64,000 bases of DNA, taken from contig JALDZX010000071.1 in the NCBI GenBank assembly GCA_022813865.1, positions 1 through 64,000 on the forward strand. The letters run 5' to 3'. The stretch's first letter is position 1. Each line of letters opens with the position of its first letter. The DNA comes from Xylographa opegraphella. Its lineage: Eukaryota. The notes under the pieces are model-generated. The model searched no databases, was not told the origin of the DNA, and saw nothing but the letters and a program-made list of their open reading frames with translations. Below are positions 13,967 to 25,191 of the stretch, piece by piece. The position numbers and the translations under genes are program-made.

Positions 13967-14551
13967 ATGGCTGAGCTGGCTACTAAGTCTACCTATCGTA
14001 CAGCTTCCTTCTTTGGCACTCGCCGTGATTCTCGCCACAGTATTGCATCGATTTATAGCGGCATTCATGACTGGATTTATGGTTGGGACGATGGTGAAGG
14101 CAACCTTGTGCGTCCAACAAGAATCAACACATCTCTTCGTGGGAATCATAACGCTCGCAGCTATGCCGCTTGTCATGCTCGCGGCACCAGAGGGAATCGA
14201 GGTGCGTCCCAGGGTGCTAGCTACAACGGTGAAGGTCTACATGACCACGGTACTAGTCAGACTCGCTTAAGACCATTTCGAAATAAAAAATGTGACTAGG
14301 CCGCTAGCATGAAGTCTGGAGCTCGTGTAGGTGTTTCGAGCTTGAAGGAACCTGGCGGAGGCAGACCTTGGCGAAGTCACCGCGGTAGTCAGTTTAACAG
14401 CATGAATGAAGCAGATCATCTAGGGCTTTTAAGCATGGGAGGACCTGGGCATCGAGGTAGAATGTTGACGAATGGAGCCCGAGGCCCAAGGGCTCGTAAT
14501 GTTAGTGATGTGGCGCTGATGGAGGAGGGATCAAGAAGGAGCGACTGGTAA
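13967..14551 (+). pseudogene. Orphan Gly/Arg/Ser-rich ORF 'A', interrupted by one in-frame TAG (14297-14299); pseudogene or recoded gene
   Basis: ORFs 13967-14299 and 14309-14551 share a frame; the C-terminal half aligns with ORF B (HRG....SM..A...GL) and ends SRRSDW*. Confidence 0.5.
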
Positions 14552-15086
14552 AATTGGTATTGAGAACAACCGAAGGTGGCATTTCCCGATATACAGGGAG
14601 GGGTAGTTATGAGTATTCTCCTGATGTTTTCAATTTCCTTTATGCTGAGCGATATGCTAAAATCTGCGTTGCGTCCTACGTCTGTCATCAGGAGTCAAAA
14701 GCAAACCAATATCTGTGCATTATCCACGAACTGACTTTGATCAGCATGTACATGACTCCCATGTTTGCTTATATAGAATCACACTATCGCTGATGACAGC
14801 CGACTCTTCTATTTCTTCGGTTTAGTACAGCAACTACATATACACTTCGAAAACAACCACACTCCTACTCAGCCGAACATCAAGTATATCATCTTCCATC
14901 TCTCTTTTGTAGATCAAACCACACGGACGCACACATATCATCTCCATAGAATAAAAGACTTCTTCCTGCACACCCATATCTACCTGGACACTGTAAAAAT
15001 CCTCTAAATACACCTCTAATCTTAAACCCCACAAACCTAACCTCCACAGCCTCAACCTCCACAACATCAGCACTAACTTCTTCGTC

Positions 15087-15530
15087 ATGTGCTGGGGCGA
15101 CATTTGCCTCAACGAGGAAAACCTCCATGCCAACCGGGTCGCCATGCGCGCTCCTCGCCCCCATACCGACGACGTCTTTGCAGGCGCTCAGCGCGGGGGA
15201 CGGGTCGGACTGCCCCCAGGGTTGTACGTTGGAGGGCAAGGCCACAGGAGTGGGGGAAGCCACGCTCGTCCTTGGTTTGGAGGGCCTTTCGGGAGCCAAG
15301 AAGGAGGCCATCGTGGGGGTAAGGCAGTAAGTATGCACGGGGCTGGCGATCCAGGCCTTTCGGGGACGAGAGGAGGAGGAAACAGACAAGGGTCATGGAT
15401 GGGATCGCAAAGCGGAGCCGGACGGCCGTGGACGGATGGGCGAGGTATGGGCGGGCAAGGGAGTGCCATGGGGCCCGGAGGTGGAGGAGCGACAGCTCCT
15501 GGGCATAGGTCTAGGAGGAGTGCCTGGTGA
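15087..15530 (+). CDS. Orphan Gly-rich disordered protein 'B' (147 aa)
   Basis: Clean ORF after TATATAG (14770) and a C/A-rich leader; GTCATG start context; ends SRRSAW*. Confidence 0.65.
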   Translation: MCWGDICLNEENLHANRVAMRAPRPHTDDVFAGAQRGGRVGLPPGLYVGGQGHRSGGSHARPWFGGPFGSQEGGHRGGKAVSMHGAGDPGLSGTRGGGNRQGSWMGSQSGAGRPWTDGRGMGGQGSAMGPGGGGATAPGHRSRRSAW

Positions 15531-15980
15531 TTTGAGTAATGATGTATGTTGAGCGAGCTGACAAATGTGATAGAGCTGGTGAGAGCTAGATTGGTAGAAT
15601 GTACGCATGCTTTTTGAAACTTGATGGAGTATTGATGCAAGTATCGTGACCTAAAGCGATAGTGGACAGATGCTGAATCAGGCGGTGAACATGTTCTTGA
15701 CAGAGGCAATGCTATTTTGAGAGCTGATTACCGGCCATGTGCTGTGTACATTGAGTCAATACTTCTAGGTCAATATCATGACTTGGAGAGGCTGGCAGAC
15801 TGACTCTTTCATGTTCTCTCTTATATCAGTAGACATTTCTCGCATCTTCATCACAGCAACTCTTTCTATTCTTCCATTTTCATTATCAACTCCACTTCAA
15901 ACCTATTCTCATCTCCAATAAGCATATTTCCGCCAAACTTGAAGTGGAAACCATCATATCTCCAACCCTACTTCATCACG

Positions 15981-16646
15981 ATGGGTCCTAGGAGTCTTTG
16001 GCCTTCCTCAGCCCAAGAACAGTCGCACCCACACTCATTCCTATCCTCGCATTCGCACCCACCCTCACGATCGCACCCACCCTCGCGTTTGCACTCCCAT
16101 GCACACGGCGATCCACTCGAGGCAGAGGTTGAAACAAACCACCTCGAAAACGGTGACCCGGAGGTGGCCTACTGGCCATCAGGCCGTAAGAATGGCCCAC
16201 CATCTAGCAATATTCCTCAATATGTCATCGACGGCTGCTTCAGCCCCTCGGGAGTTGGCGGAAAAGCCGAAGATTATTCTTGGACGGGCTGTTATGGAAC
16301 CTTCCTTGGGGCGCAAGGTGGCGGTCAACATCCGAGATACCCTTCGGGCTCAGCGTCTGCGGCTGTCTCGCAAATTCACCATGGCAGTCGTGCTTCTAGC
16401 AAAGCACGAAAGCCTCCTTCAATCCGCACCCTAGGTCACACGGGACGTGTACCATCACGCGCATCTTCAGGAGCTCATATAAAAAGCCGGACAAAGTCAT
16501 CTAGAGGACTGGAATCTATACCGGAATGTGGCCGAGAGGTAGGCCCACATTCCAGTGGGCAGCGAAACCCGGACTCTGTCAACCCTGGTCCTCATGGTAA
16601 TAAATCTTCGGGAGGGTCTGTGAGATCTGCAAGGAGTAGATGGTGA
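15981..16646 (+). CDS. Orphan Ser/Gly/His/Pro-rich disordered protein 'C' (221 aa)
   Basis: ATG at 15981 after a pyrimidine-rich leader; SHPP repeats; shares F-x-GAQ-x-GG with ORF B; ends SARSRW*. Confidence 0.6.
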   Translation: MGPRSLWPSSAQEQSHPHSFLSSHSHPPSRSHPPSRLHSHAHGDPLEAEVETNHLENGDPEVAYWPSGRKNGPPSSNIPQYVIDGCFSPSGVGGKAEDYSWTGCYGTFLGAQGGGQHPRYPSGSASAAVSQIHHGSRASSKARKPPSIRTLGHTGRVPSRASSGAHIKSRTKSSRGLESIPECGREVGPHSSGQRNPDSVNPGPHGNKSSGGSVRSARSRW

Positions 16647-17101
16647 TTTTTGCCTGGTAGGCGAAAGCTATAAAGCTTGGAGGCCTGGCAGGATATTTTG
16701 GTTGGATAGGTATGCTTGACGAGCGCTGACGCTGTGTCTGCTTCATCGATTAGTTGAATTGTAAGCTATGAAATAGAGTATGTCATCAGTACCTCAAGGG
16801 ATTGTATCTGAAACCCTTCCTTGGTGTAGTCATACAGATGGGTCAATCTGAGATGCTTTCGAAGCTGACTGAGTAATGTCCTCTGGCTCATCCACCTCTA
16901 CTTATTTCGCGTCATATGTATGATAATTAATGGCCCATCGGAAAATGTCTGCCATATATAATCGAATGCTCACATAGCTACTTCTTCCTTCTTCATCCTG
17001 GAAAGAGAGATATCGCTCTTGAGACACTTCAGCTCTATCTGACATCCGCTATTCTTTGAAGCTTCAAAACCTACGACCTTGACAGGTAGACAAGGACTTC
17101 G

Positions 17102-17743
17102 ATGTCTAATCCGAGTAATCATCCTACGCCCTATCCTGAGCATGATAGCGTGTCCCAAAATAGTGCTCCGATTGTCCACCAGCAGATTATAATCACTCCT
17201 ATCATCGTGCAACACATTCTCATACAGCAAGTCGGAGTTCCTAAAACAAAGCCACTGTTTCCTAACGCAAGTCAAATCAAGACGACTCATAAAAAAGACG
17301 TCGAAGAGAAATCAATACGCAAAGACCGCAATGATACTAAGGTCTTGCCACAAAATCACAAACCAAAAGATTATGAGGTTACTGTTCACCGAGTCGTTCG
17401 AAAACAGAACAATGCTACTCATTCCAACTTTCGTCCCGATGATCATGAAATGGTCATCATGGGTCGAGAGACGTTCGAAAACTTAGTCCGAGCCAAACAT
17501 CATGGATCAATCCATAGCGGCCAGGTAGCGGGAAACAAGCAGAAGGTGAAAACATATGAGCTTGTCGAACAATTGCCAAAGCCAAAGCCTCACCATGAAG
17601 CCAGACCAAAGGTCAAACCTTTGGAGAGTGCATTACGCGTCAGACAGCCCGAAGGAGACCATTCTGAGCAACAAGAAACGGTGCTGGTGATTGAGAGACA
17701 TGTTAAGTTTCAATCTCCTGAACTTGGCACCGTTAGGCGATGA
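17102..17743 (+). CDS. Orphan His/Lys/Gln-rich protein 'D' (213 aa)
   Basis: Uninterrupted 213-codon ORF downstream of TATATA (about 16955); no family recognised. Confidence 0.5.
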   Translation: MSNPSNHPTPYPEHDSVSQNSAPIVHQQIIITPIIVQHILIQQVGVPKTKPLFPNASQIKTTHKKDVEEKSIRKDRNDTKVLPQNHKPKDYEVTVHRVVRKQNNATHSNFRPDDHEMVIMGRETFENLVRAKHHGSIHSGQVAGNKQKVKTYELVEQLPKPKPHHEARPKVKPLESALRVRQPEGDHSEQQETVLVIERHVKFQSPELGTVRR

Positions 17744-18536
17744 ACAAAAACACAATCACAGAACAAGTAGGATCTTCTAAACAAGGCAAAGATTCAGATC
17801 GAAACATATGATCGGAGGGTTGGAAGGCAGGAAGCTGTAGGATATAGAGGCAGTGAGCGTGGTTGTGGGGTTGTCTCAAGTTAAATAGTCATCATCAACA
17901 TGCTGTGTATACATCGACTTCCTCCAAGTTTGTCATCATCATAGCAAGATTGATGTTTGCGTAATTGGTTCGCGCCGCAATTTGTCGTGGAGCCCTCCCA
18001 GAACACAAGCAACGGTTTTGATCCACAAATCGGAGAGGTCGTGTATTCCAAAGCCCAGTTTGCTAAACACCGAAGGTCTACAATTACCCACGAATAGTGC
18101 CTGGCGCAGATCTATCCACTTGAGCTTCTGAGACAACTGTGATACAGGGGCATTTGCTGCCTGTTCCTCTCGTCGTAGATAACGCTCCAGAAAGCAAAAA
18201 TAGGTAATGAATGTAACATGAAAACTGCTCCGCACTAGCGTAAGAGACGCCGCAGAAGGCTTAGCGGGTGGCCAAGGCAGACATCTCACGCTTACCGAGT
18301 GAAGCCTACGCTATCCGCTATCTGGATCCAGGCTAGCCGTAACGTCACATTTTCGACATCATGGAAATCCACAACAGAATTCTACGTTCTGCATGCAGTC
18401 CAACACAGCACTGCATGCAATCCAAGGCTTTGAAGACGGCGTGTCAATCTCCGATTCAGTTCGGATAGTAGTGAATGTAAAATTACAGTCGCTTTCGCCG
18501 TGAATGAAGATTTTCTGGTACCTACCCGGATGTGCT

Positions 18537-18576
18537 GGAAAACCGTCGAATCATTTCGAAGCCCATAGAAGATTCC
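18537..18576 (+). promoter_or_regulatory. Heat-shock element upstream of HSP70
   Basis: GAA at 18538, 18548, 18558 and 18568 (exact 10-bp spacing); the last is followed by nnTTC (18573-18575). Confidence 0.75.
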
Positions 18577-18748
18577 ATAGCCTCGATAGAAACCCACAAC
18601 CGGCTACTTAAGAATTTCTTGCTGCACAAAACCTCACTTCTACATTTCACTCTCACACATACTGTCTACGATTGTCTTTCATCCAAGACACCTCTACAAA
18701 TTCTAATCCAACTCCTCGCTTCTCATACGAACACACTTCTAGATCACC

Positions 18749-20844
18749 ATGGCGCCCGCTATCGGAATAGATTTGGGCACGACCTACTCGTGCGTTGGTA
18801 TCTTCCGTGATGACCGGATTGAAATCATTGCCAATGACCAGGGCAACCGAACCACACCATCTTTCGTGGCATTTACTGACACTGAGCGACTTATTGGAGA
18901 CTCGGCCAAGAACCAAGTTGCCATGAACCCCATCAACACAGTCTTCGATGCTAAGCGTCTTATCGGCCGAAAGTTTGCTGATGCTGAGGTGCAAGCCGAC
19001 ATGAAGCACTTCCCATTCAAGGTCATCGACAAGGCTGGTAAGCCCGTCATCCAGGTCGAATTCAAGGGCGAGACGAAGTCTTTCACGCCGGAAGAAATCT
19101 CGTCGATGGTGTTGACCAAGATGAGGGAGACGGCCGAATCCTACCTCGGAGGAACTGTCAACAACGCTGTCGTTACCGTCCCGGCCTACTTCAACGACTC
19201 TCAACGTCAAGCCACAAAAGATGCCGGTCTGATTGCTGGCCTCAACGTCCTACGTATTATCAACGAACCTACGGCAGCTGCTATCGCCTATGGACTCGAC
19301 AAAAAGACCGAGGGTGAACGAAACGTACTCATCTTTGATCTCGGTGGAGGAACATTCGATGTCTCGCTTCTTACTATCGAGGAGGGTATATTCGAGGTCA
19401 AGTCCACGGCAGGAGATACTCACTTGGGCGGTGAGGACTTTGATAACCGTCTTGTGAACCATTTTGTCAACGAGTTCAAGAGGAAACACAAGAAGGATCT
19501 GTCCTCTAACCCTCGTGCCCTCCGTCGTCTTCGCACTGCTTGCGAACGGGCCAAGCGTACCCTATCATCGTCTGCTCAGACTTCCATTGAAATCGACTCT
19601 CTATACGAAGGCATCGACTTCTACACTTCCATTACCCGCGCTCGATTCGAAGAACTTTGCCAGGACCTTTTCCGATCTACGATGGAGCCTGTGGAGCGCG
19701 TTCTCCGCGATGCTAAGATTGACAAGTCATCTGTCCATGAAATCGTGCTGGTTGGTGGCTCTACTCGTATCCCCAAAATCCAAAAACTTGTATCCGATTT
19801 CTTCAATGGCAAGGAGCCCAACAAGTCCATCAATCCCGATGAGGCTGTCGCCTACGGTGCTGCAGTGCAGGCTGCCATTCTATCAGGTGACACTTCTTCA
19901 AAGTCCACAAACGAAATTCTTCTCCTCGACGTCGCCCCGCTCTCCTGTGGTATCGAGACTGCTGGTGGTGTTATGACCGCTCTTATCAAGCGAAATACGA
20001 CTATTCCAACCAAGAAATCCGAAGTATTCTCCACATTCTCTGACAACCAACCCGGCGTGCTCATTCAGGTATTCGAGGGTGAGCGTGCTCGGACCAAGGA
20101 TAACAACTTACTTGGAAAATTTGAGCTTACCGGCATTCCCCCGGCTCCCCGTGGTGTTCCCCAAATCGAGGTTACTTTTGATGTTGATGCCAACGGTATC
20201 ATGAACGTCTCTGCTCTTGAGAAAGGTACTGGTAAGACAAATAAAATTGTCATCACCAACGATAAGGGTCGCTTGTCGAAAGAAGAGATTGAACGCATGT
20301 TGGCGGAAGCCGAGAAATACAAGGCCGAGGATGAAGCTGAATCGGGTCGGATACAAGCGAAGAATGGGCTGGAGTCATACGCCTATTCACTCAAGAACAC
20401 CGTCTCAGATCCCAAGGTCGACGAGAAGCTGAATGCTTCCGATAAGGAGAAGCTGAAGTCGGAGATTGACAAGACGGTTGCGTGGCTCGACGACAACCAA
20501 ACCGCAACTAAGGAGGAATATGAGTCTCAACAAAAAGAACTTGAATCGGTATGTCAACCTCTGAATAAGCTATCCAATAAACTTCAAGACATTTGCTAAC
20601 CAGCTATTAGGTCGCTAACCCCATCATGTAAATATACCCTTATCCTTTTTGAAGAATTAACAAGTGCTAATCCGTATATAGGGTCAAGATGTATGGCGGT
20701 GGAGAAGGTGGTATGCCTGGAATGGGAGGGATGCCTGGCGGCATGCCAGGTGGAGGCTTTCCTGGCGCTGGCGGACCAGGTGGTTTCCCTGGTGCTGGAG
20801 GAGCTGGTGGTGATGACGGACCAACTGTCGAAGAGGTTGACTAA
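18749..20844 (+). CDS. HSP70: Cytosolic Hsp70 (Ssa-type); exons 18749-20548, 20611-20627, 20682-20844
   Basis: [19 protein letters not shown] and [11 protein letters not shown] signatures; spliced C-terminus with GGMP repeats ends GPTVEEVD*. Confidence 0.98.
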
Positions 20845-21334
20845 ATGTCTCGGTTCAACCTTTAGATGGCTGTTTCCTTTGTTTTCATGACCTGTATGTT
20901 GCTGTTGCTGCATGTCAACATAGATCCGGGTCGACACTGGCGTACTTATGGTAGCGATGGTCTTACGAATCATGGCGGAAAAGCTGAGATCGGCCTGCTG
21001 TAGTTAGAAGCTCGAATCGAGCAGAGTAATGCAAAATCTCTAAACTTCAGAGTCCTTCCTGTTGATATTATGATCTATTTGGTAGAAAACTTTGTTATTT
21101 TGATGTTGGTAAATCGTTTTGCACAGATTGTATGCTCACATCAAGATTGATGTGTGATATCGTTTAGCTTACAGAACAGTATTACAGTATCACAGTATGG
21201 TGCTGCAGCATATCTAGCACGCAATATTTCCGAATATTGTCTTGCTTACCTTACCCCCATGGTCTCCACCCCGCCACAAAGCCACAGAACAATGCATTCG
21301 ATCCTTCCGTCCTCTACCTTGGCTACACGTTCAT

Positions 21335-21976
21335 TCAGAGCAACCTTTTTCCTTCCTTCCTCAACTCCTCCTCCAAGGCCTCCAGATCCCCCTCAAACGC
21401 ACCCTCCACGATCTCCCGCCTCATCTCCCACACATCCTCGCTACTCGGCCCGACCTTGTACTTCCTCGCTCTCTCCTCATAGTGCTCCTGGATCTTCCGT
21501 TTCTTCCACTCCTCCCCCATCGCCCCGCTGTTCGTGCGCATGCAAAACCAGAAATTCGACCATTGGTCGGAGCAATCCCGCATGCCGCCATACCGGTACA
21601 GGTTCATGAACTGGCCGCCGAAGGACTGGCAGTAGAAAGCGGAGTCGAAGGCGGCGCGGCAGGACATGGTGGTTGGGTAGAGGCGCTCGGGAGCGATGGA
21701 GGAGTGGTTGACTTGGGAGGGTGGAGGAGGGTCGCGGTCCAGGTTGGCTCTGGAGGAGTTTGCGGAAGGATCTTCTGCTGATGAGTCGCCGAAGATTTTG
21801 AGCGCCTCGTGTAACTCGGCGTCGGCTTGCTCATCGCTGGTCAGGGCGCGTGGATTTGGAAGGGCTGCTGTTGAGGGGGGAGCTTTGGGGATGGCTTCAT
21901 CATGAACGGCGGTCTGCGGCCCAGGAGCTATATCTGTAGGAGTCTCTTTCTTCGCATCGCTCCACATCCAACCCAT
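21335..21976 (-). CDS. EMI1: Emi1/DUF3128 family protein
   Basis: Twin-Cys motif MSCRAAFDSAFYCQSFGGQF..YRYG..RDCS..WSNFWFCMR and GPSSEDVWEMR. Confidence 0.8.
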   Translation of the reverse strand: MGWMWSDAKKETPTDIAPGPQTAVHDEAIPKAPPSTAALPNPRALTSDEQADAELHEALKIFGDSSAEDPSANSSRANLDRDPPPPSQVNHSSIAPERLYPTTMSCRAAFDSAFYCQSFGGQFMNLYRYGGMRDCSDQWSNFWFCMRTNSGAMGEEWKKRKIQEHYEERARKYKVGPSSEDVWEMRREIVEGAFEGDLEALEEELRKEGKRLL

Positions 21977-22205
21977 TGCCGTTCAGTATGTGTGATTCAA
22001 AAAGTCCTCGCCGTTGAACCCGCGTCTAGTTTTAGTGCAGCAGCTTAGCAGCTCTGTAGCCTTGGCAAGCAGGGATTGTCGAAGAATCAACGTCATTGGC
22101 GTGAAGCTCGCGAAACTTGGCTGCTATTGTTGACCTAGCTGTAGAATGTAGAGCGCGCCATTCAAACAACATCATAGACATGCTCTATGGGCGAAGTCAA
22201 CTTAA

Positions 22206-24857
22206 ATGTTGAGTCGGGTGATTGTAGGCAGGCCGGTTGGTCTAGCCTGCCAGATTCTGCCCCTGCGGCAATATCATCTCAAGTCACGCAGTCTACGGCC
22301 CCAAGGCAGCCCACTAAAGATATGCAAAGGGGTGCGGAGAAAGACCACCGAGGCTGGAGATGATAAATCGGGCCACATAAATGCGGGTCCGAACGAGGGG
22401 ATACTATTTCTTGACAGTAAGTTAAAAGGGTTGCGATGATTGTACTTTATACTGATTGCAACAGATGTTTTTCCCCTCAAATTGAGATGGCTACTCCGCT
22501 TACCTTTTCTAAATGTCGATAAATCTGTCCCGGAACTCCTGAAGCGTCTCAACAGTCCTCGGATCGGGGCTGCGGATCCCCTGAGCATCATCCAAAAAGC
22601 ATTACCCAAGGATCTTCCAATAAAAGTCACCGAGGTTCTTCCTCGCCTGAAAGAAGGCGGTGCATTCGTTAAGTTCTCGCATGAACCACACGTCAATGCG
22701 AAAGAGATCGAGGGGACACTCCAAAACTACCTCAAAAAGAATCCTATCAAGCCATGGTTCAATCCTTGGCGGCGTGTCAGGACATTTCTTGTAAAGGGCC
22801 GGCCATGGGTGGAAGACCTATACCGATTCCCGAGTTCTAGATTACGCGTGGAATTCTTGCCAATAGAGCCCGGCGGAGAAGCTGCAGAGCTCTCGCAAGA
22901 GACCTTGTACTCGATTTTCCGGCGGTACGGGAAACTCGCGGATATCATCGCCCAGCCTGTGGACTCGAAGGTGACGCCCAAGTTCGCTTTCCTCAATTTC
23001 CGACTTGTTAGGCATGCTATAATGGCCAAGAACTGCATGCATGGCTTCGTTCTGCCTGGGAGCGAGGGCGGTGGAAAAGCGGGAACCGTGATAAGGTTGA
23101 TGTATGAGCAGAAGATGAAGGGACACTGGATAAGGGATTGGATCGTAAATCATCCTCGAATTACCATTCCCTTGATCGCGGCCGTGTTGGCTACCGTGAC
23201 GGCCGCAGCTTTTGACCCTATAAGGACCTTCTTCATCAAGGCTCATGTTACACACTCCTTCCACATAACCGATAACAAATATTACAAGTGGCTCATGTCA
23301 CAAGTCACTCGGGCGAACGACCTGTTGAGTTTCAAACGACGGAAAGCGGATGATGCAGGGCTGAGCGTTATCTGGGACGAGCGGAAGGACGACATAGAGC
23401 AGATCCAAGCGTGGCTGATGGAGACTGCAGACACATTTGTCGTGATACAAGGCCCTCGAGGGTCAGGAAAGAAAGAGCTCGTGATAGATCAGGCATTGAA
23501 ACACCGTAGGAACACGTTAGTGGTGGACTGCAAACCCATTCAAGAAGCCCGTGGCGACTCGGCCACAATCGGCGCCACGGCCAATCAAGTCGGCTACAAG
23601 CCGGTCTTCTCTTTCATCAACAACATCAGCTCTTTGGTCGACCTCGCAGCCCAGGGAACCATCGGCACGAAGACCGGCTTTTCCGAGACCCTCGACACCC
23701 AGCTGGACAAGATCTTCCAAAACACAGCCACGGCGCTGAAACAGATCGCGCTCGCGGATCGCACGAAAGAAGACAAAGACGCGGACATCGGCGACGACGA
23801 ATACCTCGAAGCCCACCCGGAGCGCCGGCCCGTCGTCGTCATCGACAACTTCCTGCACAAGAGCAACGAGAGCAGCACCGTGTACGACAAGATCTCGCAG
23901 TGGGCCGCCGGCCTCACGACCGGAAACGTCGCGCACGTCATCTTCCTCACCAACGACGTCTCCTTCACCAAGTCCCTCAGCAAAGCGCTGCCGGACCGCG
24001 TCTTCCGCCAAATCACCCTCGGTGACTGCTCGCCCGAAGTCGCCAAGCGCTACGTGATCCACCAGCTCGAAGCCGAGGCGAGCGACGACCCCGCCGACGG
24101 CGACGACAAACCCCCCACCGCTTCCTTTTCCTCCTCCTCCTCCTCCCGCCCGCCCGCCACCGACGGAACCCTCGCCGAACTCGACGACTGCATCGAAACG
24201 CTCGGCGGCCGCCTCACCGAACTCGAGTTCCTCGCGCGCCGCATCAAAGCCGGCCAAACGCCCGCGGCCGCGGTGCGGGAGATCATCGACCAATCGGCCT
24301 CGGAGATCCTCAAGCTCTACCTCCTCGACCTCGACCACGGCGGCGGCGGCGGCAGCAGCAGCCCGCGCAGCTGGACCGCCGCCCAAGCCTGGGACCTCAT
24401 CCGCGCGCTCGCCCGCTCCGCCGCCGCCAGCGTGCCCTACCACGCGCTCCTCCTCTCCTCCCCCTTCGCCACCGCTGGCGAAACCGCCCTGCGCGCGCTC
24501 GAGCAAGCCGAGCTCATCACCATCCTCTCCGCCAACGGCCGGCCGCACGCCGTGCGGCCCGGCAAACCCGTCTACCACGCTGCGTTCCGCTCGCTGGTCG
24601 CGGACGCGGTGCTGAGCGCGCGGCTGGATCTGGCCGTGCTGGCGGAGGGGAAGAGGGTGGATGAGCGGGTGATTGGCGATGCGGAGGAGGAGATGGTGCT
24701 GTTGGCGCGCTTGGGGCATGTGCCGCAAGGGTTGGAGGCTCGGGTGAGGTGTTTGGTGGAGAGGGTGAGGGACGCGCAGGAGAGGGTGGAGGGGGGGGAG
24801 AGGGAGGGGGGAAGGTTGAAGGCTTTGTTGAGGAAGGAGGGGGGGGTGGATACGTAA
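22206..24857 (+). CDS. YME2: Mitochondrial escape protein 2 (RNA12 family); intron 22417-22464
   Basis: Presequence-like N-terminus, PRLKEGGAFVKF, RRM, TM helix, P-loop QGPRGSGK and PVVVIDNF. Confidence 0.93.
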
Positions 24858-25123
24858 GGCGTGGGGGGGGGGAGGGCCGATTGTTTGTTACGGGTGTGGG
24901 TTTGCGGTCGCTGGTGGAGTGGCGCGTGTGTGTCTCTGACGGGGTGGAGTGCCCGAGCGTTTCGTGGGCGGCATGGCGATCTGGGAAGATGGTGTACTAC
25001 ATACAGCGGGGTCATAAGCGGCGCATCTTGTCTGGAGAGGGGGGTCGCAATGTTTCTTCTCTACATATATATACCTCTTTGGAGACACCACTCCGTCACA
25101 CCTTACCATTCACTCATCCATCT

Positions 25124-25191
25124 ACACAGTACATCACAGTACATCACAGTACATCACATCACAGTACATTACATCACATCACACCACATCA
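25124..25191 (+). repeat. Compound microsatellite (ACAGT/ACATC)n
   Basis: acagtacatc repeated, grading into acatc units. Confidence 0.85.

Noticed and set aside
23517..24728. Long antisense and alternate-frame ORFs (also inside the ABCG, GLT1, RPC2 and ACBP genes)
   Set aside because: Expected shadows of GC3-rich coding sequence, which depletes stops on the other frames.
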